From: Dicyema japonicum | Lineage: Eukaryota; Animalia; Dicyemida | Direction: 5' to 3' | NCBI GenBank assembly: GCA_011109175.1 | Contig: RDEW01000011.1 | Location: forward strand, 304,193-368,192 | Length of the DNA stretch: 64,000 bases | Part shown: one piece after another, positions 25,520 through 37,689 of the stretch | How the letters are laid out: each line of letters opens with the position of its first letter | How positions within the stretch are numbered: position 1 is the stretch's first letter | Made by a program: the position numbers and the translations under genes | The notes under the pieces: model-generated | What the model was told of the DNA's origin: nothing | Seen by the model: the letters and a program-made list of their open reading frames with translations, nothing else | The model's database searches: none

Positions 25520-25760
25520 AACTATAATTATATAAGATCCTGGTTACCAATTTTTTCCGTCCTTCTCTGTTAGATGACAGACTTCTCAAAACGCCAAGAT
25601 CTCTGTCCCTCAATGTTTTCTTTACCAGCCTCAGATCATCATCAATAATTTTGAGAAACGTCGTACGTGGACATCGATGGAATATTTCCTAGATGCTGTG
25701 AAGTGGTCCCTCATGATGACATCTGCCTGCGTGTTCGACAAATACTTTCATTTGTTTATT
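25520..25760 (-). mobile_element. RTE-like LINE 3' fragment
   Basis: CPRTTFLKIIDDDLRLVKKTLRDRDLGVLRSLSSNREGRKKLVTRI. Confidence 0.65.
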
Positions 25761-25944
25761 AATCCCAGCCTTACAATCTGTGGTAAGCCTAGCACAAACA
25801 GTCATAACTAATTAATCCAAGGGAAGAGTTTTCATAATGGTAATTTTCAGTGGATTTGGTCAAGGAGAAAATCATTTTTATTTATTTTAACTTAAATTTA
25901 CTTTACTTTTTTCAAATTATTAATATTTAATAAAAAATTTGTTA

Positions 25945-27266
25945 ATGTCAAAATTTGGTCATTTGATGCATGATCGTAATATATACAAAAATACCAAAAT
26001 TGATTTCGTTTCTTTGGTCAACCAGTTCCCTCAATTCTCAGATTATGTATACACTAAAAAATCAGAGTGGATTAAAAACTTTCGTGAACAAGAGTCTATG
26101 CGAGCTCTCACATGTGCTCTTTTTCTTCGTGATTTTGGACTCCATGTTGACCTTTTACCTGACAGATTAATTCCTCGTTTACCTCTGAGGCTGAATTATA
26201 TTCTTTGGGTTGAGGATCTATTTTCACGTCGTCTTGACCTTACAGGAATCGATATTGGGACCGGATGCAGTTGCATATATCCTCTGATCGGCGCCAAAAT
26301 GAATGGTTGGAGATTCCTAGCCACAGAAGTAGATGAACTCAACTTTCAAACTGCTCGCCTTAATGTCTCCAGAACAACTTAGAAAATTTAATAAATGGTA
26401 CTCAAATATGATTACTTTAGTTATCAAGGTTGATCCACGTGGAGATCCGCTGGATGTGGTGAACTGCTGTCAACGATTAGACTTCTGCATGTGCAATCCT
26501 CCGTTTTTTGAGAAGAATGGAGACGCAGACCTAAAGTTTGGCGGAATGACAGGGAATCAGATTGAGAGAGAAATTGCGGGGGGAGAACTTGACTTTATAA
26601 CACGGCTAATTGACTCCAGTTTTCGTTTCAAAGGAAAGATTGGGTTGTTTTTTGCCACTATTTTAGTATTTATACTACTATGGTCGGTAGAAAATGTGAT
26701 CTTGACAGGATCTGTGAACTTTTGCGCTCAAAAAAGGCACTTTGGATTTTTAAAATTTTCAGATTCGTTTTGTTTGCACGTGCTTTGCTCAAGGTAACAT
26801 AATGCGTTGGGGGGTCGCATGGACATTTGATGAGATTGCATTGTTTGAATCAGAGAAGAACTCTGGAAAGAATCAAAAGCCCTTTCATCTGAGGCTGAAT
26901 AGCAAAAAAGTGACCCAGGCTGTATACAATTTACGAAAAATCTTCAGTGAGCTGAAAATGGTTGGGTTTTTTAGCTGCATATAGACTGAACTAGGTTATG
27001 AGATTTCTGGGGACAATTGCGAGGCCATTTTGAGAGTTTCTGCAAATGAGAACACGTGGAGTAATCGGAGGCGGATGGAGAGAATGCCACTGGTTCAGAA
27101 TGCAAAAAGATTGTGCAACGGATTTCCGATTATAAAGTTTTTAGCGACAGTGAAGCAAATTTGTGATGACTGTTTTGTGGAGTTTTGTATTGATTCTGAT
27201 TGTACAGCCAACAGGGATTTAATGAATCAAATTGTGATTTTTTGTCGGTCAAGGTTAAACTTGTGA
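25945..27266 (+). CDS. METTL16: U6 snRNA/mRNA m6A methyltransferase METTL16, 4 introns
   Basis: MHDRNIYK, LIPRLPLRLNYILWVEDL, GIDIGTGCSCIYPLIG, DFCMCNPPFF, QGNIMRWGVAWTF, ENTW. Introns 23, 23, 26 (GC-AG) and 24 nt; one base missing at 26373-26374. Confidence 0.92.
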
Positions 27267-27369
27267 TATTTTTGTGACTTTGTTAATGCATTTCCATTTA
27301 TAACCTTTCCCCTCCTACGTTCAGTGCCAGGGGGTCTTCAAATTATGGAAAGAAAAGCACTCTGCATGG

Positions 27370-27720
27370 CTTATAACTTAAAGTTTCCATCGACTGCCTA
27401 CAAGGGACAAGACTGATTAACAGATTTGAGGAATATCTTTGAGAATACCACTTGATCGTCCTGTCCAGTGATTCAAAACACTATGACTCGGAGTTGCCAT
27501 AAGAAACAACTTGACTTCCAGGATATCTTGCTAGTGGGGCATTGGGGTGATAAAACACAAAATAAACGATTTTAGTTCTTCTAAAACTTCCTAACTATAA
27601 TAAACGCATACAACGACGTATGGACTGAGACGAATCCCGAGGAAATTAATTGTCTATGCATTCAATGGTGTAATGGGAATATGACTACTCCTTATTAATA
27701 TTTATCACTTGGGGTTTGAA
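27370..27720 (+). mobile_element. RTE-like LINE APE fragment
   Basis: ccagtgattcaaaacactatg matches the APE region at 33425; YNLKVSIDCLQ-like segment. Confidence 0.55.
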
Positions 27721-28686
27721 CCATAAAGTGCAACTAGAGGATGTATTGAATGAACTTTAATGGGAAGGTATTAATTTTATTTATTATTCCGGGGTACATT
27801 AGAGAAGATGATAATAAATGAATAAGTAAACGCATCCAGTTTATACGGTCACAGAGGAAGGGAAGAAACGTTCAGTTCCTGCAGTCACGGGAACCTTTCA
27901 ATCGAGTGAGGGAGAACAAATGATTATTTTTTATGCAACTGAGCGGCACATGTGCACCACGTGAAGTCACTCTAGTAGAAGAGAAGAGAAGTAAGGAAAT
28001 CTCCGACCGAATAGCCAGTGGGAGAAATTGAACCCATATATCACTGTAAGTGACATGAAATCCAAACCACTAAGCTATTTGATATTGGAAAGGCATGGCA
28101 GAGAGATACGAAACCTCCCAGTTGAATAATTTATTTCACTTCAACAATTCCATCATGTGGACTCAGTAAGACACAAAACCTCGTCGTCAGATCACTATCA
28201 AAATCAAAATCCATGATAAAATCGACCATGTATTGTGCTGATATAGAAACCGAGCTATTGTAGCTGACAGGCACAGAACCTCATTCGAGACAATATACTC
28301 TGGGCAGTTTAAAGACGCACCAGTTCCACTTCATGTTAATGGAAATATCTGGATGTGAAACTCAAGCATACCTGTAAATCTGCGAATTCACAAATCATGG
28401 GACTTTATTCGATAAATCACGCACAGCAGCGGGCACTTACATAACAATTACAAAAACGATTTGGGGAAACAATGTAATTTCGTCCCAGTCAGATAAGGAC
28501 AATATGGATTCAATGCTTAAACGCTGATAATTATCAAACAAGTCTTGAATCAAAGCTTAGAGCTATCCATCGGATCAAGCAGATAATTTACAAGGCCATT
28601 TGACACCGGCGAGACCGCTCGATAAAGTGTTTTCTAACCTTCTAAGATTTCACTTACTTCGATGTCCAGTCGCTTCTTTGGTGTCA

Positions 28687-29012
28687 AGTTTGTATTCGCC
28701 GCGTGTCCCATGTGGTGCTTCGTGGCTAATTAGTTGAAGTTTTCTGATCGTTTTGTTTGTTCCTTCCCTTCCTATTAGTGTGGCGTCATGTGATCCACCT
28801 GTCTAAGTGACGCCCAGTTCCAGGCCGGCACGAAAAAGGATCATTTGCACTCACTTCACTGGAGGGGTTTCCACAACTCAAGTAATAAACGTCTTTTTCC
28901 TTATATGCTGATTCCGGATGGACTCAGTTTCTGTACAAGTAGAAACTGGATACACTTAATTAGTTGTTTACTTTAACTTCTTTCGCGGTGTATCCGGGGT
29001 TAATAAATTAAA
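28687..29012 (+). repeat. Short interspersed repeat family A, copy 2
   Basis: 9-bp TSD ttggtgtca at 28678-28686 and 29013-29021; ends gtatccggggttaataa. Confidence 0.9.
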
Positions 29013-29089
29013 TTGGTGTCAGCAAAAGTCTCTACTTCAGATTCTTTCACCTCGTTTGTCAGGGATTTATTTTCAATGATGATCAAAGA

Positions 29090-29348
29090 TAAATTTGACA
29101 GACGTTGATTGACATTGAATTCACAGCGAACACGCACCTGCCAGCGATTAAAATTCCTACCCTTGAAGTCTTTAGCGCTGTCAATAGAATACGGTGATCA
29201 CTAGCAGTCGATCTTGTCTATGGTGAAAAAACATCGAGAAAAAAGTGAGTATAGCTTATAACGTGAACTCTATGACTTGGATCTGCTTTCCCCTACAGCG
29301 TGCTGCCGGGGCAATTGCCTCTATAGCCCCCCTTTAAATACGCCGCTG
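29090..29348 (-). mobile_element. Terminal part of an hAT-family element related to the MITE at 24662
   Basis: ~260 bp aligns with the reverse complement of 24662-24945; terminus reads cagcggcgta on the minus strand. Confidence 0.75.
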
Positions 29349-29879
29349 CAGGTATCCCCACTTCGAGGTATTTTGCTCTGAGTGTAAAATCAGACTGATT
29401 TACATCCGGAAATAAACAAGAAAAATATGGTCGGGAATACAGACACTCTTCAGTAACAACAAGGAACTTTCGTCCACCTCAGGCTCACTAGAACATCCAT
29501 CATCTCTTTATTGTCACTGATAGACGAAAAATTTGAAAAACACAGACTAGTTGTTTGCATGTATAACGAGCCTGAAATGTGAACTTTTGCGGAGTCTATC
29601 ATAGAAATAGTCATTCGGGGATTCATAAACTGCAGCAAGAATGTTTTCACTCCTATTTTTTCAATAAAACGGAAAATTATTGAAAGAATTGTCAGAGTGC
29701 ACAATTCGCAAATTTTCTACTCCACTTAAAGTAAAAAATTAATTTATATCATAGATTTCCGATTCTAAATACCAAGTGACTCCCAATAGACCTAATGAAC
29801 GATTCCAAGCAAACCTCATATTATTATAGGCACGTACGCGATGCCAAGATAATGACAAAGCATGTGCAACACGAAAAGT

Positions 29880-32460
29880 TAACAATCTAATTAACATCAC
29901 CCATCTTTTTCGATCCGTTGCCATGTTCCGTAGCATATCTAGATCGTCCCCATTTTTAAGGCACTTTCAAATCTTTCTGAAATCTTCATCTAGAATAACC
30001 GGCAGTGTTGTCCTCGGCCGGCCGCGGAAACGAGAAGCTTCTAAGACAAAAACTCCTCCATTGCTATGTTGGCAGGATTCCCCCGTGCGTGTCCAAAGAG
30101 CCTCCATCTTGGTAATATCACATGATGTTGGCTCAGTTCCTGTTCTCTTGTATAAGATTTCGGACGTCATTTTGAAAAAGCTTCGGGAAAAAAGGAGTGC
30201 TCGGAGATGATTTCTGTGAAAAGAATTCAACTTTTCGAGTTCCTGCCCTGTACATGCCCATGTACCGGCATTATATAATAGGATTGGCCTCACTAGGGCA
30301 TTGTATAGTCTCATTCGAGTTTTAGGGTCAAGCCCTTTGTGCAGAAGCCAGGTCTTTTTCATTTGGTTGAAAGCGACATTAGTTAGTGTCTTCCTTCGTG
30401 TTATATCTTCGGTGTCACTGAGAAAGGATCCTAGTTGTTTTGATCTACGCCAGTGCTCGTCGGTCCTTTCCTCACTTCTTTTTAGCTCCGTGATTTCGGA
30501 TTTGTTTGTGTTTACTTTTAATGACCACTCAGCCATTTTATCAGGCATTTTCTCCAAAAGTGCAATTAACTCTTTTTTGTTAGTCGAAATAAAGTCCACG
30601 TCGTCCGCATATGCTATTATGCTCGTTCCTTCTCTGATTTGAGGCTTCAGGTCTTGTAGAGCTGCCTCCAGATAAATAATGAACAAAATCGGGGATAATG
30701 GATCTCCTTGAAGGGTACCAATTGTCGTTTCAAATGTCTTTGATAAAGCTTTCCCAGTCCTGACCATCAAACTCATGCTAGGCGTCCCTCCATTCTTTGA
30801 AGCGTAATATTAGCTAGTATCTTCCGTAATGTGTTGGTTAAGACCACTGGTCTTAGGTTCTCAACTTTCCCCGTTTTTTGTTTGGCTTCTGTACTGGTAT
30901 CAATAGTCCTTCTCCAAGTGGCAAAGTGGCTTCTTTACTATACGTTTCGTTTAGAATCCAGGCAATTATCATGTATAGCTTTTGAGTTCCATATTTGAAA
31001 AATTCACTATTTAAGCCATCTGGGACGGGACTTTTATTGTCCCTCAGTTTGAAACATGCTGTCATCACTTCTTCCAAAGTTATTTCTTCGTCTAATTTTC
31101 CCTGATCCGTGTTAATGGTGAGTTTTTTGCTATTTTTTGATACGAATTGCGCTTCAAAATGATCCGCTATAAGTTCTGCAATTTCTTGTTGGTTAGCAAT
31201 ATGTTTCCTTCTTCATCTCGTAAAGTCAGTGTTTTCCTTGGTAGTTTTCTGATTTGTCCGACAGCTTCATAAAACTTCGCATTGTCTTTAAGGCCTTCGA
31301 TTTTCTCTATTTTTGTTATTGTTTCGTTCTTTAATATCCGACGTGCAGCTTTTCTTATTTTCTTTCTTTTTGTAGCCGCTGTTTCGTATTTTTGTCATCT
31401 GTATTTAGACATTGTATCCATTCGCCTTTTTTGATTAGCAAAGTTTCAAAGCGGTTGCTTCTTCAGTGGGTGTTTTAATTACGTAGTCGTCTTTCAGGTA
31501 TATATCCGCAGCAATCATGATCTTCTGTTTGACCAAGGTCCACACATTTTGCGGCCAAATCTACTGATATTTCTTCCAATCCCTCATCGAGGTATTTTCT
31601 GAATTCATCTCCCTGGATAGTATTGTTCTTTAGATGGTCTTAAACGTATCCCTTCCCCCGCAGTTCCGTGTGTCCATTGCACTTTCTTTGAATCCCTTGC
31701 AAACACATAAGTTTATACACCTTTTGGCAATAACCGTCTTGTGATCGCTGTCAATTATAGACCCTCCATAAGCACGGGCATCAGTGACAATACTGCGGTC
31801 TTTTTGTCTGCAAATAATGTAATCTATTTGATTGTAGATTTTCGCAATGCTTCCGTCAGAGTTTATTGCCTGACCAAGTTGTCCTGTGTCTTGCCGAGTG
31901 CATAAAGGCCGTGTTACAAAGGAATAGGTTATTTGCTTGACAAAAGCTAGCTAACAAGGTTCCTGCAATGTTCCTTTTTCCCCTTCCATGTCTTCCAATG
32001 AATGATTCTTCTATAGTGATTCGATTTCCAACTTTTGCATTAAGATCACCGGCAATCAATATTAATGTGGAATTTGCATAATTGGAATAAACATCAGACA
32101 GATTCGCATAAAAGTCGTCAATTTCCTCGGGTTTCTTATTGATCCATCCACTATGTGGAGCATATGCGTTAATAATAGTAAGATAACTTTCGGAGAGTTA
32201 TGATCGTCCAATGTTATTTGTAAAATTGATCCAATAACGGTATATGCGCCGGAGTAGGTCCTTTCTTACAGCAAATCCGAGTCCGTAATGTTTGATCCCC
32301 AGAGAAAAAGATTAACTGAAACTTTCCGTGTTGTTCTTCAAACTCCTTCGATATTTTTGTCATTTGGAGACATCCGACTGATATCTTGTATTTTGAAAGG
32401 TCTTCACAAAGTTCTTTCTTTTCCATGCACTAGAGAATCCTCTGACATTGAACGTTAAAA
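29880..32460 (-). mobile_element. Near full-length RTE-like LINE (APE + RT), decayed
   Basis: LLTFNVRG, IAGDLNAKVG, NQIDYII, KSPVPDG, LQGDPLSP, YADD, RLYNALVRPILLYNAGTW, RGRPRTTL. Confidence 0.93.
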
Positions 32461-32512
32461 GAGAGAAATCATTTAGGTTGCAATTTTCGTGTTTTTCAGA
32501 CATACTTTTCAA

Positions 32513-33199
32513 GAGGACGTCACCACCTCAACCAAAAAAAACCACACCACCTCAACCAGCAAACCTCATATATGTTAACAATTTAATTATTCAAATGATG
32601 GCTATAAATGGATTTTTACTGTCATTGATGTTTACAGAAAAATTGCTATTTGTAAAAAACTTAAAAGTAAATCTGCAATTGGTATATTTTTAATTTATTG
32701 GAATTTAAAAATTTGTGAAGCATTCGGAGAAATATGTTTTGAAATCGGTTTTTGTGAGATTCTACAAACAGATGATGGAACAGAGTTAAAAAACAAATAT
32801 CTAGACTCTTTCTGCATGAAAAATAAAATCATGCATATTTATGGAAGACCAAGTCATCCTCAATCTCAAGGAATACTATTTTATTTGTTTCAGGGGAAAT
32901 GTTTGACCAAACTTTGACAAGAAACCTTTCAATGTTAATGAATGAAGAATCAACTAAAAACTGGAAAAATTTATTAAACGATGCACTTTTACATACAACA
33001 CCACGATTAATTCCTCCACAAATAAAACTCCAATTATAAAACTGAGAGGAGTTTCAGACAGACGACTCTCCCACGTAGCCCAGATAGAAAGTTGGTCAAC
33101 CACGGATTAAGGTTTGGACGAACGGGCGTTATAAAAGAATTACTTTTATTTATTCTTTGATTAATAAAATTTTTTTTTGGTGAGGTGGTGACGTGCCTC
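32513..33199 (+). mobile_element. TIR-bounded element with an rve integrase fragment (Ginger/GIN-like)
   Basis: LQTDDGTELKNKYLDSFCMKNKIMHIYGRPSHPQSQG; inverted repeats gaggacgtcaccacctcaaccaaaaaaa (32513-32540) and tttttttttggtgaggtggtgacgtgcctc (33170-33199). Confidence 0.7.
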
Positions 33200-33239
33200 G
33201 TTTCTTTTCTGTACAACTGTTAAGATAAATGTCTAAGAA

Positions 33240-35380
33240 GCAGAAGATACAAAAGAATATGCTTGCCCTAAACTTCTCACGTTCAATGCCAGAGGAATAT
33301 CTAAGCCTCAGTCAAGAAATACTCTCTGTGATGACCTAGAAAGATATAACGTTTCTATTGGTTGTATACAAGAGAAAATTACGTACTATCTCGATGAAAA
33401 CCATGAAAAATATCGAGTAATATGCCAGTGACTCAAAACACTATGGTCTTGGATTCGCCATTCACAGAAAACTATCATCTGACATGAGTCGCATTTGGCG
33501 GTGAATGAGAGGATCTGCGTAATACAGATCCACTGAACAACCAATGTTCCCCTAAAAATACACTAACAATTATAAATGTATATGCACCACACTGTGGAGG
33601 AGTGGCAAAAAACCCGACCGAACTGGATGAATTCTACTCAATGAATAATGAGTCGTCTTCACTTATATTCATTGCTGGCGATCTAAATGCGAAAATTGGA
33701 ACAAAAAGGAACTCAGAAGATACCTTCATGGAAAGACACGGACGCGGGACAAGAAACTTGCCTGAGACCATACTTGGCCATTTCTTCAAGGCAAACAAAC
33801 TGTTCTTGTGTAACACCGCATACTCTCATTGTGCATGCCTCATAACCACTTGGATACGCGAACGAAGAAACCCAGATGTAAAACTAGTCTCTATATACAA
33901 CCAAATTGATTATATTATATGCCGGATTAACGACAAACGCTCTCTTGTAAACGCACGCTCATACGAAGGTTCAACAACCGTCAGCGATCACAGAATGGTT
34001 ATTGTCACCTTCAGCCTAGCGAAACATGTGTCAAACACAAGAAACATAAAAACATCACAAACAATAATAATGAGAATACAAGAAATGGATACGCAACGGA
34101 AAAACTGATCTCTCACTCAGACGCAGTCGAAAACTACCAAAAATACATCTGCTCTCATCTGAAGGACCCAACAGTAGGAATTTCGTGATATCACACAAAG
34201 AATATAAAAAACGAAGCAGCAAGCCAGTATTTCGGCACGTGGGAGATGGCCAGCATGGGTCGGACATACATTCAGAACTAGTAGCAAAGGAGTTAAAAGA
34301 AATCCAATCGAAGAAACTAAACGAAAAAGACTGTAACAAGAGAAAAGTCCTTCAGGAGCAAAGGGACCATATCCGTAGAAAAATCAGGAGACTGAACAAG
34401 ACACTTCACCAAGAAAAACTGCTCCGCAAAATCAATGAATTATCCAAACTAAAAGATAATTCTCAAATGTATATGGCCGCCCGTCTGCTACGACACACAA
34501 ACCGGAAGGAACGAATAATTATCAATGATAAAAATGGCAAGACATTACTGAATACTGAGGAGCAAGCGGAGGTAATTGCAGCACATTTTGAGAAACTTTT
34601 CAATGTGACTACAGCAATCCCTCCATTCAACGGAAAGCTCAGACCCCTAAAGAGAACCAATCACAATTTTGGAAGTAAAAACAGCATGCCAAAAACTAAA
34701 AAATAACAGAAACCCCGGACCAGATACGATAAACCCAGAATTACTAAAATATGGCCCTGACCCCTTTTTGAAAAAATCGCTAAACTACTAAATGAAATTT
34801 TTTCAACTAACTCAACTTTACCCCTGAGAACGGGATTACTAATACCTATACAAAACCCAATAAACCCAAAGGACCGGTTGAAAACTTACGACCATTATAT
34901 TATCAAATTCTCTACGGAAAGTCTTTGCTAACATTGTATTGGAACGAATAAAAAGACCCGCCTATGACTACCTACTCGAAAGTCAAGGTGGGTTCAGAGA
35001 AGTAAGATCAACAGCTGACGCAGTGTGGAGTCACAGATGGAGATGTGCAACACATCAAAGATATTGCAATGCCATCCACATTCTGGAATAGATCTATCAA
35101 AAGCCTTTGACTCGGTTAAGGAACAAATTGATGACAGTGCTGGAAGGGTTTAGTGTGACTGTACACATTAAGTCTCGAGATCATTAGTTCTCGTTGGAGA
35201 CTTTTTGGACACGTCCTGAGGTTGGACCCGACATCCCCCCGAATATAGCAATAAAAGATTACTACTCCTCCAATGTAAAACGCCTTCGTCGAAGACCGAG
35301 AACAACCCTCCTGGTCGTTTTACAAAACTGAGGGACCTAGCTAAGAACAGAATAGTTTGGAGTAAGCTAATCTATCGTTA
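33240..35380 (+). mobile_element. RTE-like LINE (APE + partial RT), decayed
   Basis: LLTFNARG, IAGDLNAKIG, YNQIDYII, VSDHRMV, SQGGFR, GIDLSKAFD; internal deletion before the 3' end. Confidence 0.92.
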
Positions 35381-35674
35381 GGGTCTGGTCAAAGTTGTTC
35401 CCTATTATTTTCTATTTACAATTAAAGAAACCACTTGTTCTCCCTCCGCATGCCATTTGACTAAGAAGGAATGCTACGATGTTATTGTACCTCTGTATAG
35501 AAACATCAGTTATAGTGCCTTATCTTGTTGATAGAGTCTTTTGGCGTGACATCTGACCTACAAGGCTAAATCAACAAGAGTTCTGGGTAGGGCCCACTGG
35601 GAACGAGGTCCCTTCCGAAATAGTCCTAACATAGAAAGATAGACTGATGGAAAATCAATATAAATTCAATAAAA

Positions 35675-36219
35675 TTAGTCAAAATCAAAACTATTTCCGC
35701 GATCAGTTATAGTGCCCAACTTACTGATGATATTATTACCGTAGTTGACGGCAGCCTTCTTCCGTTGTCTGATTTCGTCACAACCAAATGAATCAATCCC
35801 ATCGATCTTGCACAAACACTTCATAACCTCCTCATCCACAGTCAAAGCTGTAGTTCTGTGCTGTTTACTTAACAGATTCCACACTCTCGCATTTTCAGAC
35901 TGGTTTCTCAGTGGAACAATCACGTTTTCCTCAAATTGAATCAATTTGTTCATCAATGCGATTAGATCATTGTGCACAGCCTCAATCTTGGTGATTTGCT
36001 CTTGAATTACTGTAATTGAAGGTTGAACTGTTTCTGAGGTCTGGTCGGGGGTCGTTTTCGTCGATTCCAAGTTAATCGGGACATTTACAGTGTTCCTAAT
36101 TCGTGGATCCTTCCACGTTGTGGTCCTAGTGTTGTGATCGACAAAATATTGTCTCCCATTCCTTGGATCTATTTTCATTTCCCATCCCTCTGGGAGTTTA
36201 GAAAAGCACCATCACTCAT
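35675..36219 (-). CDS. Minimal WW + BAG domain co-chaperone (BAG3/starvin-like), ~181 aa, intronless
   Basis: [33 protein letters not shown] (WW) and [30 protein letters not shown] (BAG). ATG 36219 is in frame only if one base is added at 36202-36205; otherwise the start is 36178, inside the WW domain. Confidence 0.8.
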
Positions 36220-37039
36220 GCTCGAAACCAATTAAAATCAGATAAAACAATATATTATTTAAATGGTAATTATTTTAAAAATATATTAATTATTTTATCA
36301 AAATTAATCTTTTCGGATTAATAATAATAGACTTTGGAAATATACTTCGCCTGGACCTGGTAACCTGGTGACGTTGATCTGAAGCTCATGACGTAGTTCT
36401 AATACGTTAAATGTCTTCATTTTCTCATGATTGACATGACCTCTCAGTTCATTATTACTGAGGGTGTGTCTTAGACAATCACTATCTAAGTTTATGTAAA
36501 TTCTGTCCCGAGTAGGATTCTCTAACTATTAATTCCCTTGTTTCTCCTCGAGGCAAACGGTTCTGTCCAAGTCGGCCGGAAACTGGATTCCACCCAGATA
36601 ATGGTGTATCCGTCATTCCCATATTTCAAAACTTCGGGTTTCCAATATCTCCCGAGCCCATTAAAAAGGGACAGAGGTCACCCACATCGATGAGATGAAG
36701 ACATTTGAATATAGTTATACCATAATTCATCAGAGTTACATCACCAGCTCAACTTCCTGCCGATTAACGACAAAGATAACGTGTTAATCCCTAAATAAAT
36801 CGACTTCTATAGTCCCCCGGTATAACATGATGTCGAATAAATAACTTTAAAAATATATTGGGTAGCATAAATTCTTGAATTATCTCCAGACTTTACGCAG
36901 ATACATATTACCTATAGCTCCGCTCAGGCAAGCTCTGCTCAGGACACCCACATTGTTTAAGTAAAGAACAGTCATGTTGACTAATCGTAAATAAAACAAA
37001 AAATTCTCTTCACTTTCTTTTTGTTGTGTGTGAGTCGGT

Positions 37040-37160
37040 TCCACAGATGATCCGGTTCCACAGTAATATGTTCACTGAGTATGGTGTCACTCGTCAAGCC
37101 AAAGCAACGTAGATGCATGGAACCTTCAGTCGGAATATACAACAGCGAGATTCGAATTAG
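37040..37160 (-). repeat. Short interspersed repeat family D, copy 2
   Basis: gtcactcgtcaagcca..tagatgcatggaaccttca..agcgagattcgaa. Confidence 0.65.
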
Positions 37161-37689
37161 GACGTATAAAGCCTTTGCCAGGAACTCGCTAGGCAGATTG
37201 TAAAACCATAATTCAGTAAAGTCTGTCGAATCCGCCAATTTCGGGGATCGGCAAAATCTGATCCGTAGAGATTGATTTTATTTTTGATTAATTCAATAAA
37301 ACCTGATACCACATTAGGGTCAAAATTTAAAGTTGCAGATACTCCATGCATATTTCGTAACTACAAACCATTCCTCTTTTTAATGGCGGATTCATTAAAA
37401 AATCTGGCGGATTCGAGAAATTTTGTTAGAAAAAATGGCGGATTCAAGAATTTATTAGTTAAAAATGGCGGATTCGAGAGACTTTACTGTAGTAATAGTT
37501 TCACCCGTGTGACGTTAGAAACTATCAAATTAACTAAGTGATTCCACCTTCCGCGGTCATGCACAATTTCCCTTAAGTCGTCCAGATGTTTTCTACATTT
37601 CATTTTCTTTTTGGTATATTTGAGATCAGCATTAAGTATTCCAGGAAGTGTGATTCGCGGGCGTCAACAGAAACGTGATCCAGTCTCAA

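Noticed and set aside
34705-34735. Second 2A-like NPGP motif
   Set aside because: It lacks D(V/I)Ex; it is the K(S/A)PGPDG motif that precedes LINE RT domains.
36330-36900. Extra upstream exons or a separate gene 5' of the WW-BAG gene
   Set aside because: Several short open frames, but no consistent splice model or recognisable motif.
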